NCBI GenBank assembly: GCA_964291675.2
Contig: OZ219866.1
Span: forward strand, 1,536,001 to 1,600,000
Origin: Alphaproteobacteria bacterium
GTDB lineage: Bacteria; Pseudomonadota; Alphaproteobacteria; MPNO01
Reading direction: 5' to 3'
DNA length: 64,000 nt
Shown piece after piece: positions 30,875 to 40,419 of this stretch; the first letter of the stretch is position 1; each line of letters starts with the position of its first letter. A model generated the notes under the pieces. That model was not told the origin of the DNA. It saw only the letters and a list, made by a program, of their open reading frames with translations, and did not search any database. Made by a program: the position numbers and the translations under genes.

Positions 30875-31450
30875 ATGGAGATCCGCAAGCTCGTCACCGT
30901 CGTCGAGGAGACCAGGCGCGAGCTCGACCGCGCGGTCGAGCCGGCCGCCCGCCAGGCCGCGGCGATCGCGGTGATCGCCAACCCCTATGCCGGGGTCTAT
31001 GACGAGGCGCTGGAGGAGCTGCAGCAGGCCGGGGCCGAGCTCGGCGCGCTGCTCGTGCAACGCGCGATCGACGCGCTTGGCATCGACGGCGAGGCGGTCG
31101 CGAGCTACGGCAAGGCGGCGATCGTCGGCGTCGCCGGGGAGCGCGAGCACGCGGCCGCGGTGATGCATCCCCGCATGGGCAAGCCGGTGCGCGAGATCGT
31201 CGGCCCGGCGCGCTCCATCATGCCGTCGACCAAGAAGCTCGGCGGGCCGGGTACGGTCATCGACTGCCCGCTGCACCACAAGGACGAGATGTGGACGTTT
31301 AGCCATTTCGACGCGATGCAGGTCTCGGTCACCGACGCGCCGCGCGCCGACGAGATCGTGGTCGTCGTCGCGGTCGCCGATTCGGGCCGCCCGTTCCACC
31401 GGGTCGGCGAGGACCTCGCGGTCGCGGATCTGATGTCCAAGAACGAGTAG
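30875..31450 (+). CDS. Amino-acid-synthesis family (DUF1185) protein
   Basis: AVIANPYAG, YGKAAIVG..GEREH, SHFD, DAPRADE. Confidence 0.85.
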   Translation: MEIRKLVTVVEETRRELDRAVEPAARQAAAIAVIANPYAGVYDEALEELQQAGAELGALLVQRAIDALGIDGEAVASYGKAAIVGVAGEREHAAAVMHPRMGKPVREIVGPARSIMPSTKKLGGPGTVIDCPLHHKDEMWTFSHFDAMQVSVTDAPRADEIVVVVAVADSGRPFHRVGEDLAVADLMSKNE

Positions 31451-32641
31451 ATGTCCCTGATCGCGCCCTTCCGGGCGATCCTGCCGGCGCCGCAGCATGC
31501 CGGGGCCGTCGCCGCGCCGCCCTATGACGTGCTGTCGAGGGCCGAGGCGCGCGCCCGCGCGGCCGGCAACCGGCTGAGCTTTCTGCACGTGTCGCGCCCG
31601 GAGATCGGCCTCGCCTGCGGGGTCGCGGCGGACGATTCCGCAGTCTACGCCAGGGCGGCCGAGACCATGGCGCGGCTGCTTGCCGAGGGAACGCTCGGCC
31701 GCGCCGAACGGGCCAGGCTCTATGTCTACCGCGTCGAGATCGACGGCCACCGGCAGACCGGCATCGCCGGCGCGGCGCCGGTCGCGGCGCTCGCCGATGG
31801 CCGTATCCGCCGCCACGAGCTCACCCGGCCCGCCAAGGTCGCCGACCGCGCGCGCCAGATCGAGGCGGTCGGCGCCCATACCGGCCCGGTCATGCTCGCC
31901 CACCGCGACGACCCGGCGCTGGCCGAGGCGGTGGCGGCGGTGGCGGCGGGACCCCCGGCGCTGGAGGCCGGGATCGACGGGGTCGCCCATTCGGTGTGGG
32001 CAGCCGACGGCGCGGCGGGCGCGGCGCTGCTCCGCGCGGCGGAGCGGCTGGAGACGCTCTACATCGCCGACGGCCACCACCGCTCGGAGGCCGCGTCCCG
32101 GGTCGGGGCGCGCTTTCTCGCGATCGGCTTTCCCGCCGGCGAGATGCGCATCCTCGACTACAACCGGGTGGTCCGCGACCTCGCCGGGCGCTCGCCGGAC
32201 GAGTTCCTGGCGGCGCTCCGGGACGGCTTCGCCGTCGCCCCGTCCGACCGGCCGGTCCGCCCCGAACGCCCGGGCCGGTTCGGGCTCTACTTGGCGGGGC
32301 GGTGGTACGGCCTCGCCCTCGAAACGGCGCAGGCGGCGGACGGCGACCCGGCGGCGGCGCTCGATGCCGAGATCCTGTCGCGCGCCGTGCTCGCTCCCCT
32401 GCTCGGCATCGACGATCCGCGCAGCGACCCGAGGATCGACTTCGTCGGCGGCGGCCGCGGCCTCGACGGGCTCGCCGCCCGGGTCGATTCGGGCGAGATG
32501 GCGGCCGCCTTCGCGCTCCGCCCGGTCTCCCTCGACCGGCTCTTCGCGGTCGCCGACGCCGGGCGGGCGATGCCGCCCAAATCGACCTGGTTCGAGCCCA
32601 AGCTCGCCGACGGGCTGCTGTCGCTGCCGCTGGAAGGCTGA
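31451..32641 (+). CDS. DUF1015 family protein
   Basis: PPYDV, HELT, YIADGHHR, MPPKSTWFEPK. Confidence 0.9.
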   Translation: MSLIAPFRAILPAPQHAGAVAAPPYDVLSRAEARARAAGNRLSFLHVSRPEIGLACGVAADDSAVYARAAETMARLLAEGTLGRAERARLYVYRVEIDGHRQTGIAGAAPVAALADGRIRRHELTRPAKVADRARQIEAVGAHTGPVMLAHRDDPALAEAVAAVAAGPPALEAGIDGVAHSVWAADGAAGAALLRAAERLETLYIADGHHRSEAASRVGARFLAIGFPAGEMRILDYNRVVRDLAGRSPDEFLAALRDGFAVAPSDRPVRPERPGRFGLYLAGRWYGLALETAQAADGDPAAALDAEILSRAVLAPLLGIDDPRSDPRIDFVGGGRGLDGLAARVDSGEMAAAFALRPVSLDRLFAVADAGRAMPPKSTWFEPKLADGLLSLPLEG

Positions 32642-32642
32642 G

Positions 32643-32849
32643 ATGGCGGTGCCCGACGAGACCTACGATCCGATCGAAGGGTGCTGCAACGCCTGCCGCC
32701 ACTACGACCCGACCGCCTTCGGCGGGGCCAATTACGGCCATTGCCGGCGCTACCCGCCGGTCGCCGTCGAGACAAGCGGCGGGCTGAAGCGCGGGGTCTG
32801 GCCGGTGGTGGGCTATGACGACAGCTGCGGCGAGTACCGCCCGGCCTGA
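32643..32849 (+). CDS. Small Cys-rich (metal-binding) protein
   Basis: CxxC..CRRYPP..WPVV..CGEY; starts 1 nt after the DUF1015 stop. Confidence 0.65.
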   Translation: MAVPDETYDPIEGCCNACRHYDPTAFGGANYGHCRRYPPVAVETSGGLKRGVWPVVGYDDSCGEYRPA

Positions 32850-33087
32850 CCGCCTAATGTTTCACTTTAATGAAGCAACGTGCCGGGCGTTGAATGGGAG
32901 CCAAGAAACGGCGGAATCCGGGCCCTTATGGCCTTTCAGTCACAGGGTGCAGGAAATTCGATAGCTCGATATCAACACTATCTCATCGAGTCGACCCGGC
33001 CATGGACGGCGTATTCCCGGAATTTCACCCCCGAATTCGACAATATCTAGCGCACCGTGATGATTTTCTCCCGTCGCGGTCGATTGG

Positions 33088-33392
33088 GTATTCGTTCGGG
33101 CGAGCCGTGCTGGACCGGACGCTGGGAGGAGGTCCACGCGCCGAATCGCGCAGAAGTCTGGCGTTTGGACGCTCGGAACACGCATCAGGTGGGCCATCTC
33201 CACGGCTCGACCGAACGATTACGATTCCGGCGATCGTCTGCGCGCCGCGATCGCACCGTATTCGTTCGGGCGGGCCGTGCTGTTCCAGCTGCCTAGAAGA
33301 GGTCGATGCGCCGAAATACGCAGAAATCCGCCGTCCTGGCGCACGGAACACGCAGATTGCCGACCGGCTCCACGGCCCGCTCGAACGAATAC
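33088..33392 (+). repeat. Tandem pair of 135-nt structured non-coding units (period 170 bp)
   Basis: 33088-33222 and 33258-33392 align without gaps (99/135 identical by hand count); each is closed by a 22-bp inverted repeat. Confidence 0.85.
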
Positions 33393-33574
33393 ATCGCGCC
33401 CCGGAGGGTCGGCGCCGAACCTCCTTTCCCGGGCCTCTCGCGGCGCCTCCATCCGTGACCGTACCCAAGGGCGTTTGGTCGTGACCGGAGGCCGCCGCGC
33501 GTCCGACCGATCACGGTGTCCTCCGGTCGACTTCAAGCCACGCTAGGCGTCATGCGGGACCGCAGCCCGCGGCG

Positions 33575-33775
33575 GTCGACAATGTTCTAGACGCCGGCGA
33601 TTTCCTCCGCCAGCACCTTCGAGGCGGTGCGCTCGGACTCCGAGCCGACCACGCTCCAGAACTCCACCGTACCCTGCTTCACCGTCACGCGGGTGGTGCC
33701 GTAGCCCGCCTAGGGCTGTTCCGACAAGGCCCTGTCGATCTCCCGGCGGATCGACTCGTCGTCTGCGTCGCTGTC
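33575..33775 (-). pseudogene. BON-domain remnant
   Basis: DESIRREIDRAL..RVTVKQGTV....V.SESERTA..VLAEEIAGV with two in-frame TAG stops. Confidence 0.6.
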
Positions 33776-33862
33776 AATCGCCGCAGTGCCCGCCGAAGCG
33801 ATGTGTCGGATGATGTTGGCACGGCTGATCGGCCCTACCACATCGCCGTCGTCGACGATCGG

Positions 33863-33965
33863 CACGCCGTTCCGGCGACCGTGGTCGAGCGGCTAGCCGT
33901 GGATGGTTGCAGCCAGGGACGCGGGCTCGGCGGCACCCTGCTGATAGACGCGATCCGCCACATGG
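33863..33965 (+). pseudogene. GNAT acetyltransferase (toxin-like) fragment
   Basis: VPATVVERLAVD..QGRGLGGTLLIDA (acetyl-CoA binding motif A). Confidence 0.55.
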
Positions 33966-34209
33966 TACGGTGGGGCAGACGATCGCCACGATCATGGAAC
34001 TTTGAACCCGCGCAGCCCGGAGGAGGCGGGGCGATGATCAGACGGCGCGTTCATCCGGGGCTGCCGGCATGCCCTCCGTCGGAACGTCGGCGACCCCTCA
34101 TGTCCCGACCGCGAATCATCGGCAAGTCGCTGCTGACCCGGCAAATTGCATCGAAATAACCGGCATTTCACGCTCTCTTACCCTTGATTTCGCGGGGTCC
34201 GTCACCATA

Positions 34210-34226
34210 ATTAGAATGGTTCTAAT
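34210..34226. promoter_or_regulatory. Iron control element (Irr box) upstream of dps
   Basis: ATTAGAA-TGG-TTCTAAT palindrome resembling the TTTAGAA-N3-TTCTAAA ICE consensus. Confidence 0.7.
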
Positions 34227-34228
34227 AA

Positions 34229-34738
34229 ATGGGCAAACCTGTCATGTTCCAGAATTTGCATCCCACGAAGATCGACATTCCCGACAACGTGCGCGCAGCG
34301 ATGATCGACGTCCTCAATGCCCGGCTGGCCGACGCCGTCGATCTCTCGAGCCAGATGAAGCAGGCCCATTGGAACGTTAGGGGGCCCGCGTTCATCGCGC
34401 TGCATGAGCTGTTCGATACCGTCCATAACGCGGTGCAGGTCCATGCTGACGATTTGGCGGAGCGCATCGCGGCGCTCGGCGGCACGGCGCGCGGCACCTC
34501 CGCTGTAGCCGCGTCCGCTTCGACCCTGCCCGAGTATCCGACGGAGATCTACGCCGGCAGCCACCATGTGGACGCGGTGAGCGCCGCCCTTGCGGCGTTC
34601 GGCAAGGAGATTCGCGCGGCGATCGCACGGGCCGGCGAGGTGGGCGATGCGGATACCGAAGACCTGTTCGTCGGCGTTTCGCGCGACATCGACAAGAATC
34701 TGTGGCTGGTGGAAGCCCACGCCCAGGCGGAAAGCTGA
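34229..34738 (+). CDS. dps: DNA starvation/stationary-phase protection protein (start 34229 or 34244)
   Basis: KQAHWNVRG..FIALHELFD, DDLAERI, DK.LW. Confidence 0.93.
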   Translation: MGKPVMFQNLHPTKIDIPDNVRAAMIDVLNARLADAVDLSSQMKQAHWNVRGPAFIALHELFDTVHNAVQVHADDLAERIAALGGTARGTSAVAASASTLPEYPTEIYAGSHHVDAVSAALAAFGKEIRAAIARAGEVGDADTEDLFVGVSRDIDKNLWLVEAHAQAES

Positions 34739-34879
34739 TCTTCCTCGTCGGAGACCCATCCTGCGCACGTCGCCGGACGTTTACGCAGAACCCCCGACAC
34801 GAGCAATGTCAGAGCCGACAGTGAGGCGATAATTGCCTGCCCGCGCTCATCAACACGCATCGCCTTGCGGTGCTTCCAG

Positions 34880-35265
34880 CCGATACCCGACATGAAGCCG
34901 GACATGACCACGTGAGGCGTGTAGGCCACGAAACGTCCGATCCTCGATACGCCCGGTAGCACCCGCAAGAGGCCCGCCAGCACGACGACCGTCAGGGCTT
35001 TGGAGAGGCTGTCCGCATGGCTGGTCAGGACGACCGCCATAGCGACGCTCATCGGCGCCGTCGGGCCGGATATCTGCGAGCGCGTGCCGCCGAACACGGA
35101 TGCGAAGAAACCGACCGCGATGGCGCGATAGAGCCCGGCTGCCGCACCCATCCCCGAGGCGATGCCGAAACCGACGGAAACGGGCAGCGCCACCACCATT
35201 GAGGTGATGCCGCCGAAGACATTGCCGCGCAGAGTGTCGAGGTCGTAGTTCAGGCGGAACGATAC
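34880..35265 (-). pseudogene. SulP/SLC26 transporter N-terminal fragment
   Basis: GGITSMVVALP..FGIASG, FGGTRSQISGPTAPM, SGFMSGIG, then similarity is lost. Confidence 0.8.
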
Positions 35266-35636
35266 ATCCCTCTCGCGCGCCGCCCGTTATCTCGGGCACT
35301 GGCATCATCCACGGTAGAGGACGCGTTCGCCAAGCGGCTGCACGGGCCGGCAGTATTGCGGACGAATCGCGGCGAAGGCTGTGATCTGCGGGGCCGACAC
35401 CGAGAGCGGCGCTGCAGCGAGGCCAGCTCGTGTACTCCCGGACCCGGCAGCGCTCCATGCATCTCTGAAACGCTCGCCCCGCCACGCGGCTTCGTTGCGA
35501 GCGGACGCGGGCATTGGACCGCGGATCCTGTGGTCGATCCGCACCGTGTCCCTGTGCGCCTCCGCGCCGTCCAGGAGCGCGGGAAGCGCGGGTGGGTGCA
35601 TCGTTCACGACACTCGCCGCTTCTCCCCCACGGCGC

Positions 35637-36680
35637 TCACAGGCTCCGGGTGGGCCCCCTGTCGCGGGACCGGGACTGCGTGCGGTACGCCGACGAGAAC
35701 CGCTCCAGCCGGGAGACCGCTGTCCGCAGGCGCTCGCGCCCGTCTTCGATGCGGTCGATATGCGCGCCGTGGGCCGCGCGGTCGTCGAGGATCGCGCGGC
35801 CCTCCCGCAGCAGGATTTCGTTGCGCTCCAGCCAGATCGGCCAGGAGCGCTGCTCCTGCCGCGGGACGTCGTGGTTGCGCGCGCGATGGGAGATGGTGCG
35901 ATAGCGCAGCCAGTGGCGCTCCACGTCGCGCAGGAAGTCGCGCACCCGGTCGCGCGCCGCGGCGTGCGCCCGGTACTGCCCGACGATCTCCCCGAGACGC
36001 GCGCGCGTCTCGGCGGCATGCGCCTCGCTCCCTGTGAAGGCGGCGAAGCGCTCGACCAGCGCACCGGCGCCGTCGAGCTCGAAGCGATGCTCGTCCTGCC
36101 TCCCGGCCCGGAGGAGGTGTGCGCGCCAGTCGCGCCGGAGCTGGCGATAGGCCGCGTACGAAAGGTCCGGCCCGGGTGCCTCGCTCCGGGCGGGCGTCTC
36201 GGCCGGCGGCGGGACGGGGGCGGCGTCCCTGCCGGCATTCTGGTGTGTCCGCGCAGCGGGCTGGTCGGGACGGGCGGTCTCCGAGGCGGATGCGGTCTGC
36301 CGTGCGGGCTCGGGAGCCGGTTCCCCGTCCCGGCGCGCCCGCTCGCTCTCCTCCTCCGCGTTCTGACGCGCGTGCGCGGCCCTGGCGGTGGCGGAGCGCA
36401 GGTAGCTGCCGGCGCGGGCATGCACGTCGTGCAGCTCCCGCAGCTCGCCGTCGCCGATGCCGGCGCGCTCCGCGAGAAGCCGGTCGAACACCCGGGGCCG
36501 GGCCCTGAAGGACGCGGCCTGCCTCATCAGCGCGCCGTGGCGGTCGAGGGTCTCGCGGAAGGCGGGACTGAGCGCGACGGTCTCGCCCTCGTCCCGGACG
36601 CGCGCGCGCAGCTCGTCGCAGGCCGCCATGACCTCGCTGCGCTCGGCCGCGAAGGCGTCCACGGCCGCGCCATGGCGCCA
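35637..36680 (-). pseudogene. Possible relaxase/mobilisation protein C-terminal remnant
   Basis: Helical R/A/E-rich ORF ending SRSRDRGPTRSL, a tail typical of Mob/TraA proteins; no HUH motif seen. Confidence 0.35.
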
Positions 36681-36840
36681 CGCGATGCTTGACGGGTGGT
36701 CATGCGATTCCGACCATGCTGGCGTCACCTGCGGCGCGCAGATAGAAATCGAGATGCCGCGCTCGTCAGGATCGCTTCCGCGCTGACAGCGCTCCTGCTG
36801 CTCGGATTGGCCGCCGGCCTCTCTGTTGGAGTCATTGCCA

Positions 36841-37314
36841 TTGAGCAATCACGGCTTCGAACCTGACTTGAGCCTTGCCAAGGCGGAGATTGCGAGGCTT
36901 CAGCTTGAGGATGCCATAGAGCTCTTTCTCTCACGCAAGTGGATTTCGGCAACCACGCTCGCGGGCGCCGCTGATGGGATTTTCGCGGGACTCCTGAAAC
37001 TGCAAGGTACGCCTTCTGTCGCCGAAGATACCTGGAAGGACATAGAGGAAGTTCGGACGGCGACCGGTCTGCCCTACGCAGGGACACGAACGAAGCGGGA
37101 TGCGTTTCGCGAGTGGAACGAGAGACGGAATGCACTCAAGCATCATGATGAAACCGATCAAGACCCGCTCATCTTCAACCCGTTCGACGACGCGTTCGAC
37201 ATGATAAGCCGAGCCAACGCGAACGGAGATCTTCTAGGAGTCGTTGCAAGCAACCGGCAGGATTACGAGAACTGGCTCATTGAGAACGTTTTCTTGATGA
37301 AAGAGCAACCGTGA
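36841..37314 (+). CDS. Hypothetical protein with HEPN-like RxxxxH motif
   Basis: QLEDAIELF..ATTLAGAA helix and RNALKH; lower GC; TTG start. Confidence 0.6.
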   Translation: MSNHGFEPDLSLAKAEIARLQLEDAIELFLSRKWISATTLAGAADGIFAGLLKLQGTPSVAEDTWKDIEEVRTATGLPYAGTRTKRDAFREWNERRNALKHHDETDQDPLIFNPFDDAFDMISRANANGDLLGVVASNRQDYENWLIENVFLMKEQP

Positions 37315-37459
37315 GAGACTTCGGGCGAAGGGCCGTGCTGGATGTTGCGAGGAGCGGCCCGGTCCGGCCGCTCACCGAAACCTGCCCCGTCCGCGGTTGG
37401 TCGACATGATCAAGATCGCGCAAGAGCAGTTACGGTGGCGGCCCAAGGGAGGAACGTCC

Positions 37460-37975
37460 ATGCCCCGTCCGATCCTGCCGACCATTGCCTTGGGCCTAGC
37501 GCTCGCGGTGCCGGCCAGCGCGGCCGAGAAGGTCACCCGGCTCGACCGGTTCTACCTGTGGAACTACTGTCGGCCGCTCAATTTGACGGTTGAAGTGCTG
37601 AGTGATGACGCCAGAAAGGTCGGCCTTCGCGAGTCGGACATCGAAACGGCGGTGCGAAGTCGCCTGCGGGGTGCTCGCATTTATGATGAAAAGCGCATTC
37701 CCACTCTCTATGTGAATGTCAACGTGGTCGGCCTAGCCTTTGCAATTCGAGTGGAATTCCAGAGACCTGTTAGGGTGTTGAATGCTCCCTATTGGATCGA
37801 AGCGGTAGAAATGGATCCGGCCCTCGTTAATCTTGCGTCCACCTGGGACACCGGCAGCGTGGGCACCCATGGCCGCCACGACGCTTACATTCTGTCGTCA
37901 GTGTCCCGGCATGTGGACAAGTTCATCGACGAGTACCTGCGGGTGAACGCCGACGCCTGCGGAAAGTCAAAGTGA
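37460..37975 (+). CDS. Secreted hypothetical protein (paralog of 48357-48920)
   Basis: RBS GGAGG; signal peptide; LWNYCRP, ETAVRSRLRGARIY, FIDEYLRVN. Confidence 0.8.
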   Translation: MPRPILPTIALGLALAVPASAAEKVTRLDRFYLWNYCRPLNLTVEVLSDDARKVGLRESDIETAVRSRLRGARIYDEKRIPTLYVNVNVVGLAFAIRVEFQRPVRVLNAPYWIEAVEMDPALVNLASTWDTGSVGTHGRHDAYILSSVSRHVDKFIDEYLRVNADACGKSK

Positions 37976-38296
37976 TACACTACCCGGACTTTTCTCGGCC
38001 TCGATCAGACGTTCGACAAGCCCGAAGGTCGACTTGTAGTCAGCGATCTCCCACGCCTTCGTCTCGAAATGCGCGGGCAAGGTCTTGGGGAAGATATTCT
38101 TCCAGACCGCGTAGTATTTCCGGCACTGGTGTTCCGTGCCGAAGATCTGTCCGTGCGGGCCACAGAGCAGCGCATGGGTGATCTGCTTTCGTCGGCCGTT
38201 GACCTCCTTGGCCTGCTCGATTTGGTGGCTGTTGAGCCGCACCAGGATCACCGACCGCAACGCGCGCCGCCGGCGCCGGCGATTCCGCCAGAACAT
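37967..38296 (-). CDS. Hypothetical protein
   Basis: Protein-like composition (ITHALLCGPHGQIFGTE..CRKYY); start uncertain. Confidence 0.55.
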   Translation of the reverse strand: MFWRNRRRRRRALRSVILVRLNSHQIEQAKEVNGRRKQITHALLCGPHGQIFGTEHQCRKYYAVWKNIFPKTLPAHFETKAWEIADYKSTFGLVERLIEAEKSPGSVSL

Positions 38297-38306
38297 GCCC
38301 GATCTC

Positions 38307-38870
38307 TCAATTCAGCAGCGACGGATGCGCCCATGCCTTCCAGGACACGGGTAGAGACTGGGGGCCGAGCTTGCCGGCGTCGTTACGGACGGTGGTTCTG
38401 TAGATCGCCTCGTCCTTTCCGCTGCTCATCGGATAGAGAGCGGATATCCTGACGCGTGCGAGCGGCACGGGCTGCTTGAACAGGGCGATGAATGTCTCGG
38501 CCATGTACCGCTCGATTTTTTGCTGAAGCTTTCGCTTCGAGGCTGTCAGAATTCCGCCCGCTCGGAATTCGATGTCGACCAGCTTCGCGGACCGGGCGAA
38601 GGCGTCCCCTTCGGTCATTCGCCCGGCCTTGATGTCCGGGAGGTATTTCACGAAGAGATTCTCGCCGGTCGGATCCGTCATGGAATCGCGGACGGTCGCT
38701 GCGTCCAGGACTTGGCGCATGACCGAGGACCCGCAGATGACGGCGGCGATCCTGGCACTGTCGATCCCGGTCGCCTTCGACACGTCTACGCGGTCGATGC
38801 AGGCCGCCTGGGCGAGCGCGGGGATGCACAGCAGCGCGGCTGTGGCGAGATATACGTGAATTGTTCGCAT
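38307..38870 (-). CDS. Secreted hypothetical protein
   Basis: Signal peptide ..PALAQA; upstream AAAGGA. Confidence 0.6.
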   Translation of the reverse strand: MRTIHVYLATAALLCIPALAQAACIDRVDVSKATGIDSARIAAVICGSSVMRQVLDAATVRDSMTDPTGENLFVKYLPDIKAGRMTEGDAFARSAKLVDIEFRAGGILTASKRKLQQKIERYMAETFIALFKQPVPLARVRISALYPMSSGKDEAIYRTTVRNDAGKLGPQSLPVSWKAWAHPSLLN

Positions 38871-39313
38871 TGTCGGGTGTCCGATCCTTTGCTAGATGGA
38901 GACCGCCGAGTCATCGGCATAGTGTACTGATGGCAGCCTCCATCGGTGCGCCAGAGGCGGGGCAACCCGGCACGGTTGCCCTGGCTCGCTTCCAGTCCGA
39001 AGCGTAAGCTCGTCAGGGACCGCCGCGTCACCAAGGTGGCCAGCGTCCCATATTCCGGACTCGGCGGGTGCCGGGCCGGCGTCAACACTTCTCGGAGAGA
39101 AAGTCCCGACTGTTCGCCAGGCCGGGGAGCTACCCCGTGCCGGGTCAAGGGCTGTTCTATTCAGATGCCGTAATGGGGCTTGGCGCTCTGCGGCATCGTC
39201 GGAGCTTGTGGCGATATCGGTGATTCGGGTGTCGTTGCCCTTACACGCTAGGCGTGTTCACGGGGTCTTGCCGCAAGGCGCGCCCCAATCCCTAGGAAGG
39301 AAAGGGCAACGAC

Positions 39314-40354
39314 ATGGAAGTCTATATCGGGCTGGATGTATCGCTGGCAAGCACGGCGATCTGCGTTCTCGGCGAGAAGGGGAAGCTGGTGACGGAGGCG
39401 CGGGTTGCCAGCGCTCCGGAGTCTCTGGTGTCGTTCATGCGCGAGCTGCCATACAGAATCGCGGCGATCGGCCTCGAGGCCGGTCCTCTGTCGCAATGGC
39501 TGTACAAGGGGCTGACCGAGGCCGGCTTCGAGGCCGTGCTGATGGAGACCCGGCAGGTGAAGGCGGCGCTGAAGGCGATGCCGATCAAGACCGACCGCCG
39601 GGACGCGGAGGGCATCGCGCGGCTGTTGCAGATGGGCTGGTTCCGGCCGGTGCACTGCAAGACGGTGTCGTCGCAGGAGATGCGGGCGCTGCTGAGCTCG
39701 CGCAAGTCGGTCTTGGACGTGCTCATCAAGATCGAGCTTTCGCTGCGCGGCGTGCTACGCAACTTCGGGCTCAAGCTGGGTGCAGTCTCGAAGGGCCGCT
39801 ACGAAGCCCGGGTGCGGGAGCTGATCGCCGGCAACTCGATGCTGGAGGCTGCCGCCGAACCGATCCTACGTGCGCGGGCGGCCCTGCGCCGCGAGCTGGC
39901 CGGGCTGGAGAAGCAGGTCCGCAAGCTGGCAAGTCAGGATCCGGTGTCCCGCCTCTTGATGACCATGCCTGGCGTCGGCCCGGTCGTGGCGCTGACGTTC
40001 GTGTCCGCGGTCGACGATCCCGAGCGGTTCCGGAGATCGAAGGATGTCGGCCCCTGGGTGGGGCTGACGCCGGGCCGGAACCAGTCCGGCGAACGCGATG
40101 TCGTCGGCGCGATCACCAAGGCCGGCGACGCCGGCCTGCGCACGGCGCTCTACCAGGCGGCGACGGTGATGCTGCACCGCGGGGGCCCGAACTGGCTGAA
40201 GGCCTGGGCGCTGCGCCTCGCGGTGCTGCGCGGCAGGAAGCGCGCAACCGTCGCGCTGGCCCGGCGGATCGGGGTGGTGCTTCACCGGATGTGGCGGGAC
40301 GGCACCGAGTTCCGCTTCACGCGCGAAGCGGCGATGGCGCTTCGCACGGCATAG
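39314..40354 (+). CDS. IS110-family recombinase
   Basis: IGLDVS, LEAG, KTDRRDA (DEDD), PGVGP, GLTP..QSG. Confidence 0.95.
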   Translation: MEVYIGLDVSLASTAICVLGEKGKLVTEARVASAPESLVSFMRELPYRIAAIGLEAGPLSQWLYKGLTEAGFEAVLMETRQVKAALKAMPIKTDRRDAEGIARLLQMGWFRPVHCKTVSSQEMRALLSSRKSVLDVLIKIELSLRGVLRNFGLKLGAVSKGRYEARVRELIAGNSMLEAAAEPILRARAALRRELAGLEKQVRKLASQDPVSRLLMTMPGVGPVVALTFVSAVDDPERFRRSKDVGPWVGLTPGRNQSGERDVVGAITKAGDAGLRTALYQAATVMLHRGGPNWLKAWALRLAVLRGRKRATVALARRIGVVLHRMWRDGTEFRFTREAAMALRTA

Positions 40355-40419
40355 GCGCGGCCGTGCCGTAGTGGCCGTCAACAGGAAGAGGAAGAGAGGA
40401 CCCCGCCTGAAGGTGGCGA

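Noticed and set aside
33088-33392. Tandem glycine riboswitch or CRISPR reading of the 170-bp repeat
   Set aside because: GCGCCGAA is present but the CTCTCAGG element and a downstream glycine gene are not; unit length and copy number do not fit CRISPR and no cas genes are present.
32894-33484. 196-aa ORF over the tandem repeat
   Set aside because: The 170-bp period puts the two copies in different frames and no protein motif is evident.
38946-39160. GTGCG at 38946 as the 5' end of a second group II intron
   Set aside because: No domain V/VI or RT follows; the downstream part is explained by the three-copy leader motif.
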